The notes under the pieces: model-generated
Databases searched by the model: none
The model's input: the letters and a program-made list of their open reading frames with translations, nothing else
What the model was told of the DNA's origin: nothing
In this document: positions 23,213 through 36,079 of the stretch, piece by piece
Layout of the letters: each line of letters starts with the position of its first letter
How positions within the stretch are numbered: position 1 is the stretch's first letter
Assembly: GCA_965644295.1 (NCBI GenBank)
Contig: CBFFRP010000234.1
Span: forward strand, 124,001-188,000
Origin: Paraphysomonas bandaiensis
Taxonomy: Eukaryota > Protista > Chrysophyceae
DNA length: 64,000 nucleotides
Reading direction: 5' to 3'
Program-made: the position numbers and the translations under genes

Positions 23213-26200
23213 ATGCTGGCTAGTCGTATATTTCGACGTTGTGTGAGAGTGTCTTATCCAGTGCGGTTTCTATGCGAGAAAACAAGAGCATCCATCTCAT
23301 TGGGAGAAACAGACACACAGATCACACCATCCGATAGTACGGAGACACCGGATGATGTGGTAACTCATGTTCTCACCAAAGCTGATGCCACACGTGCACT
23401 TTCCGTTCTGAGGGCACACAAAGATGTATTTTGGGCATGTGACACTGAAGTGGCGGATATTGATGTGAAGCGACAAGGCCCAGTGGGAAACGGGAAAGTC
23501 ACATGTGTCTCCATATATGGTGGCCCAGATGTGGACTTTGGAGATGGTCCAGGAGGTGCTCTCTGGATAGAAAATATTGACTCTTCCAGTGGGTTGCTGC
23601 AGGAATTTAAGGATTGGTTTGAGAATACGAACTACAAGAAAGTCTGGCACAACTACGGGTTTGATAGACACGTGATGGGCAATGAAGGGATAGACTGCCA
23701 GGGCTTTGCAGGTAGTGGTGTGGCCGTCATACAAACTTTTTAATAATATTGCGCTGCTTTTTCGTGCAATAGGTGACACGATGCACATGGCAAGATTGTG
23801 GGATACTTCTCTCGATAAAGCTGCAGGTACTATATGCAACTGTATAACACTGTATACTATTTTTATTCACTTTTGATATGTATGTTGCTCTTATATACTG
23901 TATGTTAAATTGTAATCATATGGTTAGGTATGTGTTTTTGTCGTGAGTCGAGTACATCTACCTTATACGCGGGAGTTTAGGCAGTAACCGCAAAGGCTAT
24001 ACCCTAGAGGCCCTTGTCGAGCTCATGTACCCAGAAGATAGTAGGTTTACCAAGACTTCTATGAAGGTCAGTCCGTTTTTCTCAACTCTTGGTTTTGTAT
24101 TTACGAACTTTCGGTGTAAATTTATATTGTAGGACCTCTTTGGTGTACCGAAGCTACTAAAAAATGGTGCGGCATCAAAGGTGATATAATTTTAACATGT
24201 CCACCTCTTATCACAAGGCAAGTTCAGGTGAAGGTTTTACCTTCCGTATGGGAGTTGCAGAGGGACCCAGTTCACCGCCAATTGTGGATCAAATATTCTG
24301 CTCGAGATGCTGTTGCTACTTGGTACATGAACTAAATTTCCATGTGTCTATGTACATCAACTGTGCTAAATGGAGATATATCCATTTATAACCATTGTGC
24401 TGACCGGTGAAATGGGATGTTCTCTAATTGAAAATGTTTTGGAGTTTAGGTGGCTGCGGTGTGCGCTTGAAGAAAGGTTAAAAAATATGGATTGGGTGGT
24501 GGACAATAACTTTCTTGGAAATATGTATGATTTCTACGAAATGGTGAGTGAAGTCAATTTTCATTGCAAAGGAATTTTCGAAAGCGTTTATCTGTAAAAT
24601 TTGACCGCCTTTTCTTTGTGCTGTGTACGTAGTACTTGAGAAGATTCGGAGAGCTGCTGACAGATGTCGAACGGGCAGGAATTAAGGTATTTAAATGTGC
24701 AATTATATGTACGTGAAATGGTATACATAGTCTAATTGCTACTACCAAGCTATAGTTTGCCTGTTCATTGCTCTTCGAGTTCACGTGCATATGTTAGGTG
24801 AATACGAAGGACCACGTGAAGCAAGCAGAGATAAAAGCCAGACAGGACCGGAAACGGGTGTGAACTCTTACGCAAAGTGGTGGTATGATATCAAGTTGTC
24901 TATGTAGTACGAGAAGATGTTTATTGATTGGGCCGCAAAACATGTATCTAAAGACGCAAACCTGATAAACATTGCGAGCCCTGTCCAGCTGCAGGTTCTT
25001 TATACTATGTTTTCACCTTTATGATGTCCCAAAATTCATTTTCAGCAAGTGCTTTTCGGAGAATACAAGAACAAGGTTTTGTTGGAAAAATCTAAAGTTT
25101 TCAAGGTGTTTGTGTTGTATTTTTGTAATGAGGAGTTGGTTAACTATTAAAACATGTAAGGTGGAGAAAGCGATGGATGAGTTCTTGGAAGAGTCAAACG
25201 CATTCAATGCTTCAAATCAATACATCGGTATGTCGCCTACTTATGATTGGGTGCCATGTTTCACTGTGTATTAGGGAAAACTGCTGCAGAACTGAAAGCT
25301 CTTTTGAAAGAAAAGGGTTTGAAGGTGTCACTCCTGTAGCCAATGAAATGTTAAATAAAGGCAATGTCTATGCGTCACCTAGGTCAGTGGAAAGAAAACT
25401 GACCTCATCGCCCGTTTGGAGGAGGCCGACTTTTGTTCCAGTATTGATAACTTTGACTCCATGAATGTGGAGGAACTAAGAAAAATTTGTAATGCCAGGT
25501 GTGATTTACAAATATGTGGTGTGACTGTAGTGTAAGAATATACTTTTTCTGTTAGAGGCCTTGCCGTCAGTGGTGGTGATAGTGCCCTGCGCGAGAGGAT
25601 TCGGGAAGACATTGCACTTACAAGTAAGGTAGGCCACATTGCATAGAAACTGTAGCTTTTTCTCGTATAACACAATGGTAATGACAGAAGAAGTTCAAAG
25701 GTGGACATGTAGAAGAGGAGCCAACAAAAAAGCCTCCGACGAAGCACAGAGAGTTCACGATAGAGACAATTGGGTTGAAACCGAAGGAATTCACTCCTTC
25801 AGGTGTGTTGTGGATGTATTAGGATAGTGTGAATAATATGAAGTTTTCAGGTGTTCCCAAAGTTTCTATTGATGTACTGCGCGAACTTGCTGGACAGGAT
25901 CTCTTTGGTGATGGTAGGGGTTGTATTAGGCCGCGTTGACCGTACAATTAATGTGAGTTTGATTAGATAAAGATGCTATTTGGGGAAGTGCATTTAATTC
26001 TATTGGGAGCGAAGGCTGCCGAGCATTAGGTAACTATTCTATAGAAGTATTACCCTTGTTGGAATTACGTTTTACAGGGGCGTTGGCAAGTATAGGCCAG
26101 ATAGATACGATGATAGGAAATTTTCTTGTACCACTTCAGGTTCTTCGCAGCGCATGGAAGAGCTTATTTAATTATTTATTGTTAGACACTTGTTGATAAG

Positions 26201-27819
26201 AAGGGACGAGTTCATTGCTCTCTTAATCTTAATACAGAGACTGGAAGACTTAGCGCTCGGCGACCGAATTTGCAGAACCAACCTGCTTTGGAGAAGGACC
26301 AATACAAGATTCGAGACGCGTTTGTGGCTGAGAAGGGATGCTCACTTATTGTCGCTGACTATGGGCAACTTGAGCTTCGACTACTAGCCCATATAACGGG
26401 ATGCAAAGTAAGCTATTAATTGTGTGCACATTTGTTCATTGTGTAATATTTGCGCAGAGCATGTTGGATGCATTCGCCTCTGGGGGGTGTTTTCACAGTC
26501 GTACGGCAGTGGGAATGTACCCATACATTAGAGAGGCTGTAGACAATGGGGAGGTTCTGTTGGAATGGGATTATTCTAAGGTATGGTGTAAGCTTTTTGA
26601 TTTACTGATATATATCTCATTTGTGTATGGATGCCTGATCTTGCAATATCTTGATTTGCGTGCTATTATTATTTTTATAATGTGATGAGCTGTTCTATAA
26701 TAAAAATGTTGAACACCGTAATGATATTGAATAATATGTAGGGCAAACCTCCACGTCCTCTCGTGAAGGACGTGTACGCTAGTGAGAGACGCAAGGCTAA
26801 AACCCTAAATTTTTCAATAGCTTACGGCAAAACGGTTCATGGGCTTGCCAAGGACTGGTACGTATGTGGTGTAAGAGCATAGTTGACGTATGGAATATCT
26901 TGATCTGTGTGTAGATATGAAAATTTCGTTACCAGATGTATGTTAATGTCAGATGTACAGGAACATTACAAAGGAGGAGGCGATAAAAACTCGCGATGCG
27001 TGGTACGCAGATCGTCCAGAGGTATGTATTTTGTAATTTGAATAGATGTATTTCGCATCGGCCGAATGTAGAAATTAACAAACAGGCAGGTGAAGAGCTG
27101 GCAAATGGAGACAGAGGCATTGGCGATGGAGAAAAAATATGTGCGTACATTGATGGGAAGGTCTGCTTGATTCGTCATTGCGTGGGACTTGATGAGAGTG
27201 CTTCGTAGGTACCGTATGCTTCCTGACGCTGGCACAAAAGGGGCTGCCAACAGCCATGCGCTGAGAGCTGCTATCAACACTCCAATACAGGTGACTACTC
27301 GGCGGTACTGCGGTACACTAGATAAATATCCTTGATAATAGCTTAGAATAATGTGGCTACTTGTTTGTTGTGTGTTGAGATTTAGATCTATAACGCGATA
27401 TATGTGGATATATTATACATCTAATGTCATTTTTGACAGGGAAGTGCGGCAGATGTGGTCATAATGGCCATGCTTAAGTTGTGGGATAGTGATAAATTGC
27501 GGAAGTTAGGGTGGAAGCTTGTGTTACAGATACACGATGAAGTTATTATGGAGGGACCTAACGAGAGCAGCAATGAGGTGTGACAATAGTACAGTGGTTT
27601 AACATCAAGCAAATTTTTTTAATTGTATTACGTATCCTGCTATATTTATAGGCATTAGCAGAGGTGATCGCATGTATGGAGAATCCTTTTGATGGCTTTG
27701 GGCTATCGAAACTGAAAGGTGTGATTTTTTAACCTATATGTACTCTCTGACTTTTGCTCCACACAGTGAAGTTAGAAGTTGATGCGAAGTGTGCTGATAG
27801 TTGGTATAAAGCTAAGTAG
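23213..27819 (+). CDS. Organellar family-A DNA polymerase (POP type: 3'-5' exonuclease + polymerase) with mitochondrial-type presequence; 27 exons
   Basis: Exonuclease motifs ACDTEV, WHNYGFD, YSARD. Polymerase: TETGRLS..PNLQN, motif A ADYGQLELR, motif B RRKAKTLNFSIAYG, motif C LQIHDEV. POP-typical LLEWD insertion; ends SWYKAK*; MLASRIFRRCVR N-terminus. Confidence 0.93.
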
Positions 27820-28253
27820 ATAGCTTACTGTGTAGAGGCATATTTGAATAGACAATGCTCTTAAGCTAACGTATATATCACTGACTGGTTATACGTTTTT
27901 GGCCACAATGGTTCTGATACATGGTCACAATTACTGAGGCTATTGTAGGTATATGTTTCGTTTACAGAGATATATGGTTTTGGCTGCTTAGTTAACAGTT
28001 AACAGAGCATAGAATTGCATATAGATGGATCAATGCGGAAAGTTCGAGTTAGCTTGTTGTGCCAAAGGGAGTCCCACGTTTCACTGGAAATGATCTTTAG
28101 TACTGGGGTGATTCAAGGCGGTAGTGCCTCGCCCCGTTAAATAGTAGGCTATTAGGGTTAATCATTGACTCTTAAACGCTTTTATTGCTAATAATAGATA
28201 GACATTCACTCCTAGCTTTTCGTAGCATTGAATTGTAGGATATCAGAGTTCAG

Positions 28254-30310
28254 CAGGGCTGTGTAACAATTATTTGTAATTGCAATAAAATTGCATGGGA
28301 TATACGTAATAATCATTGCTCTCTGGAAGGTTGCAATTAATTGGCTTGGCAATTATTATCTTATTATAGTACATAAGCACATAATATTAGAATAAGAAGT
28401 TGGAAAACATTAAGGACGATGTCCATTTATTGCCCTTAATGGCTGTTATAATGGCTATTTCAATGGCGGGAAGGTTGGCCTCTCATTATAAGAGAGAGGC
28501 ACTGTTCACCCAATAAAATGGACGCGCTCGCACCCCGAACGTAGAACACAAGATCAAAGCAACTGGACCTACACTGACCACGGCATTTATATAGCTGACG
28601 CCGCCGCCAGTGGCGATTGGAAGACACTAGACAGAGTGCTCGGAGTCTCCTACTACAGTGTTGTCACAACTGACGCTACGCACATACTGGAAGAATTCTT
28701 CACCACGGGTCAATGACACTGGCAAAGATACGATACACACCTCCTCACAGACCTCGGTCTCATGCTAGGAGACGTCACAGATCTCCACCACCAGTGGGAC
28801 CTCCATCAATACACCCTCCGACAAGATAGCATATATGCTGTACAAACGCAGCGAGACCCGCAGCGGAACAAGGCTCCCACACAAGCTCCATCCTCTCCGT
28901 ACCTATATAACTCCTCCAAACACTACATCTCCCTCGCAGAGCGTATACGCGAGACAGCATACGTATGGGACAAATCCTACGCAATGGGAAGAAACCGAGC
29001 CAAGGGAAAATCCGTGCATGATCACACAACGGCTTCCACATGCACAGATTGTGCACACCCCACAGACAACATGGCGCACATGCTTCTCACCTGCACTCAC
29101 CCTGACATCATTCACATATGTGAAGATGTCCACCAAGCACACCACAATAAGCTTGACAAACTTCGCACACGCACGCTCCCCCATCCCTGGTTTTACACCG
29201 CCATAATCAAACTAGCCAAAGCCGCATGGAACTAGGAAACAATATATTACGATACTGTTGTGATACACTTGGTACACCACAACGCAGACACGGCACCGGC
29301 AACACCGGTCACGACACACTCACAGCAACGCCAGTCCCTGGATACTCACCCGACACCAAAAATACTCCAGCTACTCCAGGCGACATCCACCCCAAGAATT
29401 ATCCCTCTGCAAGAGTCCAAACCCGACAGAGGCAAGCGCAACCACTCCGGAAACAACTGCTCCTTACTTGTGGCCGAAACCCCACCTCAACAACCAGCAC
29501 CATCTCCACCACCGACTTACACTCTCATATACATCTCGCCCCATTCACCCCTCACATAATCCATGGCACAGGTCCGCCAGACACATTGCCCAAAGGTAGA
29601 CCCCCCGAATAACCTCAATACAAGGGACGGTTGCACCATGGTGCTCGCAGCGATGCACAAGCAGTCCCAAGACGGTTGCCCGCCACTAGTAGTATATAGC
29701 AAATCCAGTTATTAGTTAGTCTATATAGATATAAACTAGTTTCTGTACACAACAACCGTTATCATGAAATAATCAGACTTTCCTATAGAGAGGCACTGTT
29801 TCTTTGAACGGTCGATTATGTGTCTTTCCTCTTGATTTTGATTTACAAAACTTAGATCAGCTCGATCCATAGTGTATATGTAATGCTCAATACCCTTCTA
29901 TCTTCTAGTTTTAGATATATATCTATAATCTATAAGAAGTGTGTCAATCAGGTTCTTCCGATCCTGCCTCACAGGACACTGCAGGATTGAAGTTTACTAC
30001 GAACTGGATGTGCAGCAGTATGGACATGGAATATCAGGACTTTTTACTGTTTTTAGGATACAAAAACCTGGATATTTACTCCACTACTAATTGTGTAGAA
30101 CGGCTTTTCAGTAGAGCAAGAATCAACATGAGTGATCTGCGCAAAAATCTATGGCACCTCATCGATTAGAGGCCCTTATGTTCTTGCGCTTTATATATTT
30201 CTGTGGAATGCAAGTACGGTTAAAGATACTATACGTGCTTGTAACGAGTAACTAAGTAATTAGACAATAACTGGCACAATTAAATTTCAATTAATTGTTA
30301 CGCAGCCCTG
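28254..30310 (+). mobile_element. Non-autonomous hAT DNA transposon (internally deleted, interrupted by a LINE)
   Basis: TIRs CAGGGCTGTGTAACAATTA (28254-28272) and TAATTGTTACGCAGCCCTG (30292-30310), 18/19 match. 8-bp TSD GAGTTCAG / GAGTTAAG. Frameshifted hAT C-terminal remnant TTNCVERLFSRAR...RLEALMFLR at ~30080-30190. Confidence 0.9.
28507..29786 (+). mobile_element. 5'-truncated non-LTR retrotransposon (ORF2 3' part: RNase H C-terminal half + CCHC zinc knuckle), degenerate
   Basis: 14-bp TSD AGAGAGGCACTGTT (28493-28506 / 29787-29800). Frame from 28507 reads IKWTRSHPE...DHGIYIADAAA (RNase H-like), an in-frame TGA, then CTDC-x8-H-x4-C. C/A-rich composition. Confidence 0.8.
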
Positions 30311-30954
30311 GAGTTAAGCACTAGTTAGTTAAATTAGTTTTGCGAAATTAGTCCTGGATCGTAACGCCTATAATTGCTAATAAGAAATTTTCACTACTGT
30401 TAATTATTGAGTGTGATTTCTACGGTTTTACAAAGTTTTGATTCTTATTTCTAAGTAAGGGACAGAATGCCTAATCTTGTTGCTGTAGTTCTGAAAATTT
30501 CACAATTAATGTTGTGTAATGATTACTGAGCTTAGTTCTTACTTCAAAGGTTAAAAATGTCGACTTGTGACATGCCCTCTTCACATGGCAATAACATGTC
30601 AACGAATTTTATTTCACTTATTATTACTTCAAATGATGCCGCAATCATCTTTTCTTTCTCCCAGGGCGGAATACATGTCGATTAAAAAAAAGTTTTACGT
30701 ATCGGGTATAAAAGTTATATATATCAGGCAAGAAGAAGTTAGTTGCCTTGTTATCGTACTTTTGAGAAACAAATTAGTACGGTGCATTTTGAAAATGGAT
30801 GAGTAGTATAACATACTTCTCAACTGACAAAAAAGAACGCATCCTTAAATCCACGAGATATCCTTCCATCTTGTAAAATACAGCGGCAATTCAAACATTG
30901 TCCACTGACTTAAATTCTACACACATGAATCCGTCAAATATCTGGAACTCGAAG

Positions 30955-33900
30955 TTATATATTACCTGTAATGATCGTCATCAATTTGTGGATATCTACC
31001 GGCTTTACAACTACGTCATTGACGCCATGCCTAATAAACTCTTGTATTTGCTCTTCTAGCGCATTCCCAGTAACGCCAATAATAAGCCCACTATACCCTA
31101 CACCTCGAAGTTTCGACACAGCATCAGGTCCACTCATAATCTGCACACACAAATGTAGTGATCATCTGAACTACATATAGACAACAAACTCTTGGTGACA
31201 AGGCAAATACAATGTATATTTCCTACGGAACATTATACAAAACTACTGACATGGTATTTAGTATGATACATTTATGCACTGTACACACGTACTACTAGCT
31301 CTGTGGGATATGTACAACAAATATAATAGAATATGCTATTGCGAAAAGATACCGGCATGATAGAATCCATGCACACAACGTCGTAGGGCTCTCCTGCTTC
31401 CAATTTTTCAAGAATTTTTTCGCATGCCTCGTTACCATTTTGTGCAGTATCTATGATATTCACATAACCGTGCAGAAGGCGACACAGAAACTTTCTGTTC
31501 AGCGGAGAATCATCCACCACAAGACACCTAGCGGCACATTTTATATACACAATACGTGGCACAAGTACTGATGAATGCGACAAGTGTACACTCTTGGTAC
31601 GACTCGTGTACGGCAACATGAACAGCTTCTAAATCCTCTACAATTCCTACCTGTTCACTTTTCTATATGATACACTTGACTCCGATGCGCTGTTACGCCG
31701 AACTAAATCCTTCTGTCTCCCCGCAGTAGTTTGTCCCACGTATTCAGTAGAGTCTACTGCATGCAGCTTCAGCAGTACTTTAAACGAACATCCTTCGCCT
31801 TTGATTCCGCTAGAATTAACTGAAATTACACCCCCATGTGCCTCCACGATAGACCTTGAAACTATTAAATCGGTCATTGAATATGCCAATAAAAAAGAGC
31901 AACATTACATACGAAACAATGCGCAGCCTTCACAAATAATGGTACAAACACACAAGAAGTAGTTTTGTTAGAAGTGCAAAATATTTCATACGCACTGCCA
32001 TCGGAAAACTTACTTAGAAGTCCAAGACCACTGCCGTTCCCATTCTGCAAATCAGCCGCGTCAAACTGAATGCATTCCTTGAAAAGCCTATTTTGGTTTT
32101 CCTATGCGAAAGCGTTAGTAAGCCACACCACACATGACCAGTATATCTTCATATAACAGCACGACTGGCGAGTAAGCTCGTGACAATAAAATACAGGTAT
32201 GCAGACTACACAGACCCGAAAGCAAATGCTCAGCAAAGAGAATTTGTATCAGCAACACAAACTTGGCAACGCAACATCATTTCTTATACTAACCCTAGAT
32301 AAACCGACACCGTTATCTTTTACTTCAATCTGCAACCAGTCACAGGTCTCGAAATCACTATCATCGTTATAAGGTAACACTCTCGACGTCAAATTAGAAG
32401 TAACGTTTCTACTTTTCGTAGAATTTTCTTCTGGCAATGTAACGACATTGGCAAATACTTCAACACATCCCCCCTTTGCAGTGAATTTGAGTGCATTAGA
32501 CACTAAATTGCGGATAACTTGACTAATTTTGCTAGGATCGCCGTACAGATGGCGCTGATAGAGAGACGGCGATATATACTCCTCACCAGTAAAACGCAAA
32601 TGAATCCCCAGCTGCTTGGCCTGAAGTAAGCAATTACAATGCTATTAAAATTGATAGCTACATTTCACAGGCATTCGTATGTAGAGCGTAGACACTACGA
32701 AACATACCTGTACCACAAAGAGTTGCACAGTGGACGACAGAAACGGGACCACGTCAATAAACTTCCGTTCAATCACCATCTCGCCACTCTCCAACTTATC
32801 GTAGTCGAGGATATTGTTGAGAGTGTTTATTGCAACATCACACGATTCTGATATGTCGCCCAGTGTCTCCTTAATATCGACGAAACCACTTTCACTCTGG
32901 GTAGTTGAAATGTTCTTCGTAACATACTTGATGCCCATATATATAGTATTCATTGGGGTCCTTATCTCGTGTGATATATACCTCACGAATGACTTCTTCT
33001 GATCTAGCATATTCTATAGAAATAAATGATTTGTATACATTGTGCATATCATGGCTGACATTGCCATCCTATCATGACATATACACATGGATTTTCGGCA
33101 ATTCTACACACAGAACATTGTATCGGAGAAGAGAAATTCGTTGGTTAACGCACAATACTTACCTTGGATATAATGAAATTCTCCCGGGCAAGCCTTCCAT
33201 GCATCGTACTTATAACTAACACCGTGATGATATCTATGTAGTGAAACACTGTCCATTGGTAACCCGGACTGTCCTGCCAAATGGAAGCTGTAGCCACATA
33301 GACAATGTACTTGCCGAATATATTGAACCCCAAAAAGGCAGCGTACATCGAAATATGGCTATTCTTGTGGTTTTCTTTGTGGCGAACAATATAATACCAT
33401 CTGTATGCAAACAGTCCAAATATAAGCACTACGCTCAGTCCAAGTGCCACCAGTGCATAGTTTTTCAGCACACCATGAACACGTTGGTAGTTATCGAACT
33501 CAAGAATAATAATTCCGGAAAAGCTTAGGTTCTGAACCATTAATACAGTCGCAAATACTCCAACGCTTGGTAGTGACTGGTAGTGAAAGCAAAGCAAAGA
33601 AGTTTGAAGAAGTATCTCTGTTGCATTTACGCAAGTCGAGAATACACCTACACAGAAAGGGAACATAAACGTTAGGTCAAGGGAAAAATACTTGCAAGAT
33701 AGTACCAATAGATAGCCTCCCATGTAAGTAAGAAATATACATCACAAGATTAGGTGCAAATATTGAGAGCAGCATAACAAATTGGGGTAAATACGCCGTG
33801 GTCTTGTCCATGCACCCATATGCCATATCAAGCATATTGTCAAAGCTTAGAACAAAGCAGCATGCTATAGATAGCAGCAGCGAGTGAATGTGTGCGTCAG

Positions 33901-34084
33901 ATCGAATGCTTTTGCTAATCGAGTCAAAGTCTTTTGAAGTCAGTGATTCGATAATAAATCCATTCAGTATTATTGGCAGCATTGATATTATAAGGCTGAT
34001 AAAGGCAACACCGATAATGACCATACAGAGCGCTACTTCGGTCCTTATTGATTTCCTTATCGCCTTGAAAGTCCTCTTACACAT
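30955..34084 (-). CDS. Hybrid sensor histidine kinase (multi-TM N-terminus, HisKA, HATPase_c, receiver); about 8 exons
   Basis: H-box YISHEIRTPMN, N-box NLVSNALKFT, G1 DNGVG, G2 GSGLGL; receiver VVDD...CMDSIMP...VTGN...KP. Start may be at 34084 or 34162. Confidence 0.93.
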
Positions 34085-34648
34085 CTTGTTGATTATACGG
34101 AGGGGGGAGGGGGGGTGAAGGGCACTCCGATGGGATTTGCTTATGCTGTCATATCTCAGCATGATAGACTCTACAGAGTGATACGGTTAACTACTTAGAA
34201 CATACAGGGGTCCATTAATGAAGGTTTGTTGACATTAGTTTAGATCAATCGGTGTGATTTATATCTGCCTCCGACTCACAGTGAGCTGCAGTGTTAGTAA
34301 CGCCTCTCCTCATATGTAATTAACGGACTGTTCGCTGGTCGCTTCTGCTGGTGTATCGTGTATGACGACTATACAGTGATATGACTACGTAGCGTGCTGC
34401 TGGGTTCCTACTGCTGCGGTGAGGGCTGTTGTACTTGTATACCACGCTGTATTCCACTGTAGTTTGGTGGAATAGATCTTCCATTATGTGGGAGTACTGT
34501 ACTGTTGTACGATGTGCTGGAGTACACACTGCTGCTGCTGCTGCTGTACAGTACTATATATCGCTCCATAAGATGTTCATCACACAGGCGGACAGGCCAG
34601 GAAAGAACAGTGTAATCCAGCCCTCTGCAATAACTCCTCGAATAAGCT

Positions 34649-36079
34649 ATGCATGACAAATATCCCTCAACACTAAATCGTCGGCAACAGCTTCACGCCG
34701 TCTTCACTAAGCACGATCGTGATAATTCCGGTGATGTTGATGTGAGTGAGCTGCGGTCCATATTCCATGAGCTCGGAGTGCACAAATCTGACCAGGATAT
34801 TATCCATATCATCAAACAGGCTCACAATAAGGATTCTTCAACATTGAACTTTGAAGAATTTGTAAATGTATTTTCTGTTTCTAATTTGATTGATGTTTTC
34901 AATGAAATCGACTCTGATCGCAGCGGCGCTATAAAAAAGGATGAAATTAAAGCAGCTATGCATAAGTTGGGCTATTCATTTACACCAAAGCAGTGCGACT
35001 TAATGATGTCACAAGTTGACCTTGACCACAATAATGAAATATCTTTTGAGGAATTTAAAAGCTTTTTTGAGAATGTACCCCTGGCTTCGTTGGAGTCAAT
35101 TGCAAAGCATTGGGCTGAAGTTGCATTTGTTACTGATATAGGGACGGATTTTTCACCCACTATACCTCAATCAGGATGTGGACTCAAGTGGTGGCAAACA
35201 GTTCTTGCTGGCGGAACTGCTGGTGTCATATCTCGCACAGCCACTGCCCCATTAGAGAAAATAAAATTATCCGCCCAGACAGGCATTAATAGTGGTTTAG
35301 GGTTGCTTGGAGAACTTCGAAGCATATATGCTACACAGGGAATGAGAGGGTTATTTGCTGGCAATTTCGTTAACTGCTTGCGTGTTTTTCCAACAGCTGG
35401 AATTACATGTACGTGCTATTTGAATTTGCTGGCCATGACACCTGCTGATGCTGAATTTGATGCTATGGAGCCGGTATATAGAGTATTATGTGCAGGCACT
35501 GCTGCTCTAGTGGCCAACACGATAACTTACCCCCTAGATATGCTTAGAGCTCGAGCTACTGTTGTATGGACGAGCTACTCTCCGCCGAGTGTGTTGAATG
35601 ATGCACGTCAGATACTATCTCGAAAGGGCTTGAAAGGTTTTTACCATGGCTTAAAGCCTACATTGATGGCTGTTGTACCGTTCGTAGCTATTCAAAATAC
35701 TTCAATTGATCTCATGAGAGATGCGGCGATTCAGAACGGCGTGCAGCCAAGTACTGGCTTGTTGTTGACAGTTGGTGCAGCTGCTGGATTGATGGCACAG
35801 TGTGTTGTGTTTCCTCTTGATGTCATCAGACGACGCTTTCAGGTGTATGGAAGTAATGGTAATAAACGTAGCATGCCGTCGACTCAGGCGAATGTCAATA
35901 TTTTGTCGGATAGAACATGGTTATCAATGAAAAATCTTGTGGGCCAGCATGGATACAGAGCATTGTTCGCAGGAATAGTACCGACATTCGTGAAGACGAT
36001 TCCCGCCGTGGCAATTGTTGCTGCTGTGAAAGGAAAAATGAATAGCTATTTCAAAGAACAAAATATGCAAAATCACTGA
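34649..36079 (+). CDS. Calcium-binding mitochondrial carrier (SCaMC / ATP-Mg:Pi carrier type); intronless
   Basis: Four EF-hand-like loops (DRDNSGDVD, DSDRSGAIK, DLDHNNEIS and a degenerate second), TDIG linker, three carrier signatures PLEKIK, PLDMLR, PLDVIR. Confidence 0.9.
   Translation: MHDKYPSTLNRRQQLHAVFTKHDRDNSGDVDVSELRSIFHELGVHKSDQDIIHIIKQAHNKDSSTLNFEEFVNVFSVSNLIDVFNEIDSDRSGAIKKDEIKAAMHKLGYSFTPKQCDLMMSQVDLDHNNEISFEEFKSFFENVPLASLESIAKHWAEVAFVTDIGTDFSPTIPQSGCGLKWWQTVLAGGTAGVISRTATAPLEKIKLSAQTGINSGLGLLGELRSIYATQGMRGLFAGNFVNCLRVFPTAGITCTCYLNLLAMTPADAEFDAMEPVYRVLCAGTAALVANTITYPLDMLRARATVVWTSYSPPSVLNDARQILSRKGLKGFYHGLKPTLMAVVPFVAIQNTSIDLMRDAAIQNGVQPSTGLLLTVGAAAGLMAQCVVFPLDVIRRRFQVYGSNGNKRSMPSTQANVNILSDRTWLSMKNLVGQHGYRALFAGIVPTFVKTIPAVAIVAAVKGKMNSYFKEQNMQNH

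Noticed and set aside
28714-28716. In-frame TGA as selenocysteine or code reassignment
   Set aside because: Lies in a decaying LINE and is most simply a TGG-to-TGA mutation; intact genes use TAA, TAG and TGA as stops
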